49,877 nt of DNA from a virus. Taxonomy: Duplodnaviria; Caudoviricetes. Below are positions 18,005 to 26,255 of this stretch, piece after piece; the stretch's first letter is position 1, and each line of letters begins with the position of its first letter. The notes under the pieces are model-generated. The model saw nothing but the letters and a program-made list of their open reading frames with translations, ran no database searches and was not told the origin of the DNA. The stretch spans positions 1 to 49,877 of the IMG/VR virus record IMGVR_UViG_3300025320_000144; one strand, 5' to 3'. A program made the translations under genes and the position numbers.

Positions 18005-18083
18005 AAACCGCCTGGTCATGTAGGCTGGCACAGGAAACCGCTACTGACGAGTGCTGCACGAAGCATGGTCAGGGCGGTTTTTT
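18005..18083 (+). ncRNA. Structured RNA: type III hammerhead-like fold and/or intrinsic terminator
   Basis: CTGACGA-GTGCTGCAC-GAA core enclosed by a ~17-bp stem; T6 tract at 18078-83. Confidence 0.5.
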
Positions 18084-18115
18084 CATGCCCAAATCCCCCT
18101 GATCAGGAGATCAAC

Positions 18116-18202
18116 ATGCTCGTCACCCTGTCCGGCGGTATCCCCGTCGCAATCACCGCCCTCGGCGCGGCCCTCGCGACACTGCTCGGCGTCATCCTCT
18201 GA
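18116..18202 (+). CDS. 28-aa hydrophobic peptide MLVTLSGGIPVAITALGAALATLLGVIL
   Basis: AGGAG RBS at 18105-09; read by hand. Confidence 0.6.
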   Translation: MLVTLSGGIPVAITALGAALATLLGVIL

Positions 18203-18204
18203 CC

Positions 18205-18558
18205 GTGCCGCTGTTCGGCAAAATCATCGCGCGGCTCGACGAGATCCTCGTCAACCTCGCCAATCTCAGCGCAAAGATCGGATTACTTATCGTGTCCACA
18301 CAGGCAGACGCCGCAGCCCTCGCACAGGCCATCCAGACCGAAACCAGCGCGTGGCAGGCATGGGCCAGTACCGCCCAGACCGTCATCGCCAACATCGAGG
18401 CCGCGCTCACTGCGGCGCAGCAGCAGATCGCCAACGGTGCGGCCGTCGATCTGACCGACGCGCAGAATGCCGTCGCCGCCGCCCAGGCGGCCGTCGGCGC
18501 GCTGCCCGTCGAGACCGACCCGACCGTCACACCGCCGGCACCGGCTCCCGGTAGCTGA
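18205..18558 (+). CDS. Ala/Gln-rich helical protein
   Basis: ORF with coiled-coil character. Confidence 0.7.
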   Translation: MPLFGKIIARLDEILVNLANLSAKIGLLIVSTQADAAALAQAIQTETSAWQAWASTAQTVIANIEAALTAAQQQIANGAAVDLTDAQNAVAAAQAAVGALPVETDPTVTPPAPAPGS

Positions 18559-18560
18559 CC

Positions 18561-18647
18561 GTGAACCTGCTCGTTCTGGCGTGGGATGCACTCAGCGCCA
18601 ACGACTTCGCGCTCGAAAAGTTCATCGCAGGACTGCTCGGCCTGTGA
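18561..18647 (+). CDS. 28-aa peptide MNLLVLAWDALSANDFALEKFIAGLLGL
   Basis: Fills the gap exactly; GTGA overlap with the next gene. Confidence 0.5.
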   Translation: MNLLVLAWDALSANDFALEKFIAGLLGL

Positions 18648-19024
18648 CACAGCGTCACCCCGCCGTCGCTGCGCACCGGGCGCACATCGCGTCCAGTGTG
18701 CAGCTGCGGCTCGCGGACTGGATCACCCGGTTCGCCGGGTCGATGCCGTTCGTGTGGCTGCATGTCGTCGCATTCGTCGTTTGGATGCTGTTCGTCGAGA
18801 AAACCCCGTGGCCCACACTGACATTGATCGTGAGTCTCGAAGCGATCTTCCTGTCGACGTTCGTCATGATCGGCCAGAACCGGCAGGCTGAATTCGCGCA
18901 GCGCAAGGCCGACCACGATTTCACCGCGCAGACACTCGAGTTGCGAACGAATACCGAACTGACGCAAGCAATTCACGTGATGACGACCGAGCTGCACTCG
19001 CGACTCGTCGCGGAACAGTCGTGA
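18644..19024 (+). CDS. DUF1003-family membrane protein
   Basis: RLADWIT.FAGSM.FV..H; LTLIVSLEAIFLSTFVMIGQNRQ. Confidence 0.9.
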   Translation: MTQRHPAVAAHRAHIASSVQLRLADWITRFAGSMPFVWLHVVAFVVWMLFVEKTPWPTLTLIVSLEAIFLSTFVMIGQNRQAEFAQRKADHDFTAQTLELRTNTELTQAIHVMTTELHSRLVAEQS

Positions 19025-19287
19025 GCTCCACACCCGAACAGATCGCTGCAGACGATGCTCTTGCGGCCGCGATCGAGGCCGTGCACCAGGCCTACTATCC
19101 GGGCGACGTACGGGGCGTTCTGACGAAGTTCGTCGTTCTCGCCCAACGGCAATGGTGGAACGACAGCGACGAACCGGTCACGGCTAACTGGGCGTCACCG
19201 CGCGGCGACACAGTCCCGATCTCGGATCTGCTCGGTCTCTGCGAGTACGCCTCGACGCGGTACCGAAAGATCATCGCCGAAGACTGA
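19021..19287 (+). CDS. Hypothetical protein
   Basis: GTGA overlap. Confidence 0.65.
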   Translation: MSSTPEQIAADDALAAAIEAVHQAYYPGDVRGVLTKFVVLAQRQWWNDSDEPVTANWASPRGDTVPISDLLGLCEYASTRYRKIIAED

Positions 19288-19387
19288 CCGTGGTCGATCC
19301 GCAGGTAAGCCAGCCGGGGCCCGTAGAGCGGATGCGATCCGGCCGCCACGTTTAAGTCAAAACCATTACATCGCAAGGAGATTCGTC

Positions 19388-19813
19388 ATGTCCCTGAAAG
19401 GGCGCACCCGCGTACCGCAGATCACCGCGCCATCGCACTGGATCAACGGCGTCTCCGCCGCGGCCTCGGCGCTCACCGTCACAGTGGCCGCCAACGTGCC
19501 GGCCACCGGCGGCAGCGACCCGCAGGTCGTGCAGAACGCTCTGGCGCCCTCGCAGGTCGGCGTGCAGCTGCAGACCCTCATCACCGGCGTAGTCGCCTCC
19601 TGCTCGGTCGCAGCCTCCGGTGTCATTCAGCTGACCATCACCGACGGCGTGAACACCTACGAGATCGACGTTTCGCTCACCGCCGGCACTCCGCTCAACG
19701 TGCCACTGCCTGGCACGTTCGCTGCCCAGCTCGGCAACGCCGTCACTGTCAGCACGACTGCCGGGGCCAGCACCAGCGTCGTCAAGCTCAGCGTCGCGTA
19801 CGACTACCTGTAG
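19388..19813 (+). CDS. Beta-strand-rich protein, possible virion accessory protein
   Basis: AAGGAG RBS; Thr/Val/Ser/Ala-rich. Confidence 0.7.
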   Translation: MSLKGRTRVPQITAPSHWINGVSAAASALTVTVAANVPATGGSDPQVVQNALAPSQVGVQLQTLITGVVASCSVAASGVIQLTITDGVNTYEIDVSLTAGTPLNVPLPGTFAAQLGNAVTVSTTAGASTSVVKLSVAYDYL

Positions 19814-19822
19814 GAGAAGATC

Positions 19823-19957
19823 ATGGCCAAGGGTAAGAGCAAGAGCGCCGTCATGAAGGGCGCCGGCAAAGGAATGGCCGCACCGAAGGAAGCCGTCGAC
19901 ATGCCGCCCGCGAAGGTCGCCAAAGGTGCGGCCAAGCGCGGCAAGCGCGGGATGTAG
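19823..19957 (+). CDS. 44-aa Lys/Ala/Gly-rich basic peptide
   Basis: AGGAG RBS; MAKGKSKSAVMKGAGKG...; read by hand. Confidence 0.7.
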   Translation: MAKGKSKSAVMKGAGKGMAAPKEAVDMPPAKVAKGAAKRGKRGM

Positions 19958-19961
19958 ATCA

Positions 19962-20237
19962 ATGGCAGAGCCACGACTGCGTGTACTCGCGCTACCTCCG
20001 GAAACGGTCGGCGACGGAACTGTCACACCGTTCATCCTCGTCTTCGATCGCATCGGCCAACAAGTGCCCGACTGGTTCACCGAAGAGCAACTCGCCGTAA
20101 TGCGGGTGAGCACGGGTGCGCGAACTGTTTTCGTCTTTGCCGACCCGATTGAGATGCTCGACAGTGTGGAGCTCACCCGCCAAGAAGCCGAGCAACTATT
20201 ACCCGCGCTGCGCGTCTCAGCCAACGTCGCCACGTAG
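19962..20237 (+). CDS. Hypothetical protein
   Basis: MAEPRLRVLALP start. Confidence 0.65.
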   Translation: MAEPRLRVLALPPETVGDGTVTPFILVFDRIGQQVPDWFTEEQLAVMRVSTGARTVFVFADPIEMLDSVELTRQEAEQLLPALRVSANVAT

Positions 20238-20248
20238 AGGAGATGATC

Positions 20249-20536
20249 ATGGCAGCGAAGAAGGGCATCGGTAGCGGCAGCGGAACATCCGCTGCACGTA
20301 CTGCGGGCGGCAACGTCAGCGCCACCGCACGCGCCGCGACCGGCAGCGGCAAGGACAAGTCGTGTCCGCTGCCCGACAAGCAAGCCGCAATCAGCGCCAT
20401 CAACCTGCGGCACAACGGCGACAGCATGACCGCACCGCAGGTGCTCACCAAGGTCGCCAACAGCAAGTTCGGCAACGATCCACAGGTCAAGGCCAAGATC
20501 GCTGCCGCTCGCAACGCAGACACGAAGAAGAAGTAG
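20249..20536 (+). CDS. Basic hypothetical protein (PLPDK..A.SA motif)
   Basis: GAGGAG RBS. Confidence 0.7.
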   Translation: MAAKKGIGSGSGTSAARTAGGNVSATARAATGSGKDKSCPLPDKQAAISAINLRHNGDSMTAPQVLTKVANSKFGNDPQVKAKIAAARNADTKKK

Positions 20537-20539
20537 CAG

Positions 20540-20932
20540 ATGACATGGGGAATCGGCGCTCGCGAGCGCACCTCGACCACCGAGCATCGAGCATGGCGAC
20601 GAGCCGTCCTCGAGCGAGACGGCTACTGCTGCCAGGTGCGCGGACCGCAGTGCGCCGGCCATGCCGTCGAGGCAGACCACATCCGAGCCGTCGCCGAAGG
20701 CGGCGCGCCCGCTGATATTCGGAACGGGCAGGCGATCTGCCGACCATGCCACCTCGCCAAGACCGCGGCCGAAGGCCAGCGCGGCGCGGCGCGGCGCCGC
20801 GCCGCGTCGAGAATCCCCGTCGAGAGCCACCCCGGAGCCATCGGAGCCTCCGCGCGCGGCCCGGCGCGGCCGGACACCGGCGAGGGGTGGGGGGTACCCC
20901 GAACGGGCCGCCCGCCCTGTCGCTTCGCATAG
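20540..20932 (+). CDS. HNH endonuclease, terminase-associated
   Basis: VLERDGYCCQ...EADHI...NGQAICRPCHLAKT. Confidence 0.9.
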   Translation: MTWGIGARERTSTTEHRAWRRAVLERDGYCCQVRGPQCAGHAVEADHIRAVAEGGAPADIRNGQAICRPCHLAKTAAEGQRGAARRRAASRIPVESHPGAIGASARGPARPDTGEGWGVPRTGRPPCRFA

Positions 20933-21041
20933 CACTCCACGCCATGCGTGCGCCCGTCCTGGGTTTTGGGGCGCCGCGCCGCACCGATTCCACCCCAGCG
21001 CCCGGGAGGCGCGCTCCATCCAGACCCTGGAGGTCATCGCG

Positions 21042-21398
21042 ATGGCGAAAGTGACTGCACCCCGCAATCTGTCGGCCGCCGGCCGCAAGCTGTGGACGAC
21101 GATCACGACGCAATACGAGCTGCGGGCCGATGAGCTGCGCGTCCTCGAGGACGCATGCCGCGAGGCGGACCTGATCGACGTGCTGAACGCCGAGGCGAAG
21201 GGCGCCGATCTGGTCGTGCAGGGCTCGACCGGCCAGCCGGTGATTAATCCGCTGATCTCGGAGCTTCGCCAGCACCGCAGCACGCTGGCGGCGCTGTTCC
21301 GTCAGCTGAAATTGCCCGACGAGACCGACACCGCCGCGAGCCGGAGCTCGCAGGCGCGCGAGGCGGCGAACGCTCGCTGGTCGCGCCGTGGCGCGTAG
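21042..21398 (+). CDS. terS: Terminase small subunit
   Basis: P..L...GRKLW, GSTGQPVINPLISELRQHR, AANARW; directly upstream of terL. Confidence 0.85.
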   Translation: MAKVTAPRNLSAAGRKLWTTITTQYELRADELRVLEDACREADLIDVLNAEAKGADLVVQGSTGQPVINPLISELRQHRSTLAALFRQLKLPDETDTAASRSSQAREAANARWSRRGA

Positions 21399-23169
21399 CC
21401 GCATCTCCCGCGCGCGCACGGACGATGACGAGTACCGCGAGATCATCGCGTGGTACGAGGATCTGCTCGAGGACACCGCGCCGCCGACCGGGCTGACATG
21501 GGAGCCGGTCAAGATCGGCCCGACGTGGCAGCGGACGGATTCGGGCTGGCTGCTGCCGGAGATCACGCTCGGCTGGGATGTCATGGCGTGGTGCGGGAAG
21601 TGGTTGCGCGACAAGCACGGCCACGCGTGGCAGTTCACCGCCGAGCAGGCCAGGTTCTTGCTCTGGTTCTACGCCCTGGACCAGGCGGGGGACTTCCAGT
21701 TCCACTCTGCGGTACTGCAACGCCTCAAGGGCTGGGGCAAGGATCCGCTCGCCGCGTGCGCGGCGGCCGCGGGCTGCTACGCCCCGGTCACGTTCGACCA
21801 CTGGGGCGACGGCGGCGACCGCCCGGTCGGGCGCGACGAGCCGAACGCCTGGGTGCAGGTGCTCGCGGTGTCGCAGCCGCAGACCAAGAACACGATGAAG
21901 CTGTTCCCGAGCCTGATCAGCCCGGAAGCCAAGGCACGATACGGAATTCAGATCGGCAAGGAGAACGTCTACGGGCTCGGCGACACCCGCCACATCGAGG
22001 CCGTGACCTCCTCGCCGCTGGCGGTGGAGGGCGGGCGCCCGACGCTGGTGATCCGGGCCGAGACACAGAACTGGTTGACCGCGAACGGCGGCCACGAGAT
22101 GGCCGGTGCCCTGGAGGGCAACGCTGCGAAGTCGGAAGGGGGTATGGCGCGAATGTTGGATATCTGTAACGCCTACCGGCCCGGTCTGGATTCGGTCGGC
22201 GAGCGCATGCGTGAGGGCTGGGAGGCCACGCAGGGCCCCGATGCCCGCGCGATGGACTTCGGCCTGATGTACGACTCCCTCGAGGCACCTCCGGAGGCGC
22301 CGTTGACCGCCGAGGCCGCGCCGGATGTGGTGCGCTCGATCGCGGGCGATGCGACGTGGCTCGATACGCGGGCGGACGGCCGGATCGTGATGTCGATCCT
22401 GAACCCGGCGAACAGCCCGAACGAGTCGCGCCGCAAGTGGTTCAACCAGGTCACCGCGGTCGCGGATGCCTGGGTGGATCCGCAATGGTTCGATGCGTGC
22501 CCGGGCCGCGGGGATCGGTTCGAGGCGCGCGATCGGGTGGTGCTGTTCCTGGACTGCTCGAAGTCCGATGACGCTACCGCTCTGGTCGGCTGCCGTATCT
22601 CCGATGCGTTCGTGCAGACGGTCGGTATCTGGGAGCGGCCGCCGCAGTTGAAACGGTGGGTTGTGGACCGTGAGGACGTCGACAACCGTCTGCGTGACGC
22701 CTTCGACCTCTGGGACGTGGTGGGTTTCTGGGGCGATCCGTCCGGCGCCAAGGACGATGAGACCGGCGAGTCGTATTGGGACGGCAAGCTGGACGAGTGG
22801 GGACGCCGGTGGGGTGATCGCCTGGTGCTGCCCGCGGTGAAGAGTGGCGATCATGCACACAGGGTGAGCTGGGATATGCGCTCGCCGACACATCTGAAGC
22901 TGTGGACCGAGGAAAACGGCCGCTGCCTGACCGAGATCAAGGAACGCCAGTTTCGATGGGACGGTCACATCATCTTGAAGCAGCATGTGCGCAACGCGCG
23001 CCGGCGCCCGAATCAGTTCGGCGTCGGAACAGGCAAGGAGCATCGCGAATCGGCCCGCAAGATCGATGGTCAGGTGGCGATGGTGGGCGCGAAGCTGATG
23101 CGCCGGATGTATCTCGCGGCCGGCATCCGAGAACGCAGTAACCAGGCGATGTTCGTGGGCCGTCGATGA
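21388..23169 (+). CDS. terL: Terminase large subunit
   Basis: QRLKGWGKDP Walker A; LEGNAAK; FLDCSKSDDATAL nuclease motif; RKIDG. Confidence 0.95.
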   Translation: MARSRISRARTDDDEYREIIAWYEDLLEDTAPPTGLTWEPVKIGPTWQRTDSGWLLPEITLGWDVMAWCGKWLRDKHGHAWQFTAEQARFLLWFYALDQAGDFQFHSAVLQRLKGWGKDPLAACAAAAGCYAPVTFDHWGDGGDRPVGRDEPNAWVQVLAVSQPQTKNTMKLFPSLISPEAKARYGIQIGKENVYGLGDTRHIEAVTSSPLAVEGGRPTLVIRAETQNWLTANGGHEMAGALEGNAAKSEGGMARMLDICNAYRPGLDSVGERMREGWEATQGPDARAMDFGLMYDSLEAPPEAPLTAEAAPDVVRSIAGDATWLDTRADGRIVMSILNPANSPNESRRKWFNQVTAVADAWVDPQWFDACPGRGDRFEARDRVVLFLDCSKSDDATALVGCRISDAFVQTVGIWERPPQLKRWVVDREDVDNRLRDAFDLWDVVGFWGDPSGAKDDETGESYWDGKLDEWGRRWGDRLVLPAVKSGDHAHRVSWDMRSPTHLKLWTEENGRCLTEIKERQFRWDGHIILKQHVRNARRRPNQFGVGTGKEHRESARKIDGQVAMVGAKLMRRMYLAAGIRERSNQAMFVGRR

Positions 23170-24701
23170 CCACTCCGGCCCCGGCATTCGATACGCAGCC
23201 GGACAACACGCAGTCCGCGGCCCTGCGGCTGCTGACGTTCGGCGGTTACGGGCAGGTCCGGCAGAAGTCGACCCCTGCGAAAGCGTTGTCGCCGGCGGAT
23301 GCGGTCAGGGTGGTACTCAACATCTTGGGGGGTGCGAAGGCGTGGGAGTGGGAGCGGCTCAAGCGGATCAGTCTGGCGATGAAACCGCACCGCGAATTCG
23401 GGCAGCTCGGCATGGAGATTCCCGTCGATGCCCCGGAGGCGATGCGCAAGCTCGCGATGAAGGCGCAGGCGAACTATCTGCCGCTGGTGGTGCAGACGTT
23501 CTCGCAGGTGATGACGGTCCAGAACTACATTTCCGGTTCGACGAACGAGACCGGCGGCGCGTGGCAGTACTGGCAGCGCAACCAGATGTCCGCACGCCAG
23601 CAAGGTCTGCACGAGTCGGTGCTGAAGTTCGGTGCGTCGTACCTGAAATGCCTGCCAGGAACGAACGGCCCTGTGATGAAAGGTGTTTCACCGCTGGACA
23701 TGACCGCGGTGTACGACGATCCCGTCAATGATCCGTGGCCGATGTTCGCGATGCAGCTGGACCGCCGTCGGATCTACTTGTACGACAGCGCTTTCGAATA
23801 CGTGCTGGGCATGGACAACATTCCGACGAGTTCGTTCGGCTATCCGTACTGGCAGAACGTGACCAATGTGGCCTTCATTCAGGCGAATTACCACGGGGCG
23901 GGCGTGTGTCCGGTGGTGCGCTATCGCGATCGGATGCTGCTCGAGGGTGAGGAGCAGTACGGGATCGTCGAGCAGCTGATCGACATCCAAGAGCGCATCA
24001 ATGAGACCAACTTCGGTTTCCTTGTCGCCCAATACTTTTCGGCGTTCCGGCAGCGGTACATCATGGGATGGTTCCCGGAGACCGAGCAGGAAGCGCTGAA
24101 GGCCACGGCCGCGGACGTCTGGCTGTTCAAGGATGCGGACGTCAAGGTCGGCCAGTTCGAGGAGACCGATCCGGCGTTCTACAAGGCAGGCAAGCTCGAC
24201 GCGCTGCAGGATCTCGCCGCGATCGGCCAGTTGCCTGCGCAGAACCTGCTCGGCGGCGACGGGATCTCCAACATCTCCGCCGACGCCCTGGCGGCGCTGG
24301 AGGAAGGCAAAACCCGCAAGGCCGATCAGATCACGACGTCCCTCGGCGAGAGCCACGACCAGGCGCTACGCCTGTGCTGTCATCTGGATGGCGACGAGGA
24401 AGGCGCATCGGACTTCGCCGCCGCGGTGAAGTGGAAGGACGCGACGGCCAGGGCACTGTCCGCGACCGTGGATGCTCTCGGGAAAATGGGTCAGATGTTG
24501 GGCGTACCGGATGAGCTTCTGTGGGAAGACATTCCGGGCTGGGACAACCAGAAGGTCGACCGCGCGAAGTCCCTCCGCGAGGCTGCGAACAAGGACGAGC
24601 TCGAGGCGCTGTTGCTTCAGTCCGCTCAGGCCGCACCCGCCGTGGAGCGCGGGCTGCAGGCGGCCGAGGCCGCCGACCCGGATGCGCAGGCGGGCCAGTG
24701 A
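23166..24701 (+). CDS. Portal protein
   Basis: Position and size; WQRNQM, QERINET, YFSAFRQRY, NISADAL. Confidence 0.9.
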   Translation: MTTPAPAFDTQPDNTQSAALRLLTFGGYGQVRQKSTPAKALSPADAVRVVLNILGGAKAWEWERLKRISLAMKPHREFGQLGMEIPVDAPEAMRKLAMKAQANYLPLVVQTFSQVMTVQNYISGSTNETGGAWQYWQRNQMSARQQGLHESVLKFGASYLKCLPGTNGPVMKGVSPLDMTAVYDDPVNDPWPMFAMQLDRRRIYLYDSAFEYVLGMDNIPTSSFGYPYWQNVTNVAFIQANYHGAGVCPVVRYRDRMLLEGEEQYGIVEQLIDIQERINETNFGFLVAQYFSAFRQRYIMGWFPETEQEALKATAADVWLFKDADVKVGQFEETDPAFYKAGKLDALQDLAAIGQLPAQNLLGGDGISNISADALAALEEGKTRKADQITTSLGESHDQALRLCCHLDGDEEGASDFAAAVKWKDATARALSATVDALGKMGQMLGVPDELLWEDIPGWDNQKVDRAKSLREAANKDELEALLLQSAQAAPAVERGLQAAEAADPDAQAGQ

Positions 24702-25597
24702 CGAATCCGCAGCAGCCGGGGGGCGACTATCTGGCACCGACAGCCACGGTGCTCGGTCTGGCCGCGGTCGGCCCCGGGCAGTACACCGCGGCGCAGGCGA
24801 CGATCAGCGCGCATCTGGTCGCGTTGGCTGTGCGCGTGATGCGCAAGTTCGGGATTCCGCTGTCTGATCAGGCGCGCCGCCAGATGGCGCGCCGCATGTA
24901 CGGGCCCGTACAGCAGGCGCGCGTCACGTCGTACGCGCTGGCTGTGCGCAGCATGGAGTATGCAGCGCGCGCGGCCGACGAGCCGCTGCCGACGCTGGCA
25001 CCCATTGCGCCGTACACGCCCGACGCCCTCGAGGTGCTGCTGCAGGATGCGACAGCGCCGCTACTGAAAGCGATCCAGGCCGAGGCCGCGGGCGCACACC
25101 CGTCGCCGGTGACGATCCTGGACCGGCGCACCGGTATGCCGATCCCGATCCGGGATCAAGACCACGATCCCGGATCCGGCCGCGTCATCTACCGCATCGG
25201 CGAGACCGCCGGGGCCGCGGCGGCGCGGCATGCACACCACGCTGGCCGAGAAGCCGTGCAGCGCACCGCCGATCGTTCCGGTGAAGAGATCGGTTGGGCG
25301 CGCGTGACCACCTCGGCGAAACCGTGCGCCTTCTGCATCATGTTGGCTTCGCGCGGGCCCGTCTACCGGAGTGAGAAGACCGCCGTGTACCGCAAGAGCG
25401 ACATGGGCGCCTACCACAACCACTGCCAATGCCGTGCCGTACTGGTCTACCGCGGCAAGGCGTGGGCCGGTCAAAGCGCCTTCGAGGACGCAGACCGGTT
25501 GTGGCGCACCGCGACCGCCGGACATCGCGGCCCCGCTGCGCTCGCTGCGCTGCGTCGCACGCTGGCCGCGCAGACCCGCAACGCCCTCGCGGCGTAG
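24698..25597 (+). CDS. MuF-like/capsid maturation protein
   Basis: WARV...CAFCIMLASRGPVY...YHNHCQC. Confidence 0.8.
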   Translation: MTNPQQPGGDYLAPTATVLGLAAVGPGQYTAAQATISAHLVALAVRVMRKFGIPLSDQARRQMARRMYGPVQQARVTSYALAVRSMEYAARAADEPLPTLAPIAPYTPDALEVLLQDATAPLLKAIQAEAAGAHPSPVTILDRRTGMPIPIRDQDHDPGSGRVIYRIGETAGAAAARHAHHAGREAVQRTADRSGEEIGWARVTTSAKPCAFCIMLASRGPVYRSEKTAVYRKSDMGAYHNHCQCRAVLVYRGKAWAGQSAFEDADRLWRTATAGHRGPAALAALRRTLAAQTRNALAA

Positions 25598-25660
25598 AGA
25601 CTTCCGGCCCTGGTGGCCGCACGGAAGAAACACCCATCGAGGCCCTGGAGGCCACACAGT

Positions 25661-26233
25661 ATGACCGCACCCGACCCGACGCAGCCCGACCCGACGCAGC
25701 CCGAACCAACCACGCCGAACGAGCCGATACCCGAGCCTGTGATTGCCCCGGAGGCGCCGCAGGACGACGAATCGAGCTTGCCCCCGTGGGCGCGGGAGAA
25801 GCTCTCGAAGGTCCAGAGGGAGGCGCAGAACTTGCGCACCCGTCTGCACGAAGTCGAACCGCTGGCGGCCAAGGCCCGCGAATTCGAGGAAGCGCAGAAG
25901 ACGGAGATTCAGCGAGCGACCGAGCGAGCTGCCGCCCTGGAGGCGCAGCTGGCCACGACGCAGCTCGAAGCCGAGCGCAACGCCCTGGCGGCGCAGCACT
26001 CGATCCCGCCGACGCATTTCAAGTTCATCGTCGGCAACACCGCGGAGGAGCGCGCCGAGTCCGCGAAGGGCGTCGCGGAGATGCTCGGCGCGGCGGCGGC
26101 TCCGCACGTTGTGCCGCCGCCGAGCAACCGGCCGACGCAGGCTCTGCAGCCCGGCGCCGCGCCTCCTGCACCGGACACCCCTGCGACGACCTATCCGTCG
26201 TGGTTCCTACCCAAGCCCCCGCGCGGGGGCTGA
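25661..26233 (+). CDS. Capsid scaffolding protein
   Basis: LPPWAR..L.K...EA..LR; coiled coil; position. Confidence 0.85.
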   Translation: MTAPDPTQPDPTQPEPTTPNEPIPEPVIAPEAPQDDESSLPPWAREKLSKVQREAQNLRTRLHEVEPLAAKAREFEEAQKTEIQRATERAAALEAQLATTQLEAERNALAAQHSIPPTHFKFIVGNTAEERAESAKGVAEMLGAAAAPHVVPPPSNRPTQALQPGAAPPAPDTPATTYPSWFLPKPPRGG

Positions 26234-26255
26234 ACCCCCGAGGAGGGGGGACATT

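Noticed and set aside
17980-18035. Fluoride riboswitch (AACCGCC...GGCTG)
   Set aside because: The GAUG pseudoknot elements are missing and there is no fluoride-related gene downstream
19289-19350. tRNA
   Set aside because: About 62 nt, no TTC T-loop, no anticodon stem; kept only as a possible structured RNA
19352-23187. Long minus-strand ORFs (19352..21283, 21244..23187; likewise 4682..6472, 30079..31590, 36045..37544)
   Set aside because: Antisense to well-supported genes, as expected in high-GC DNA; no motifs
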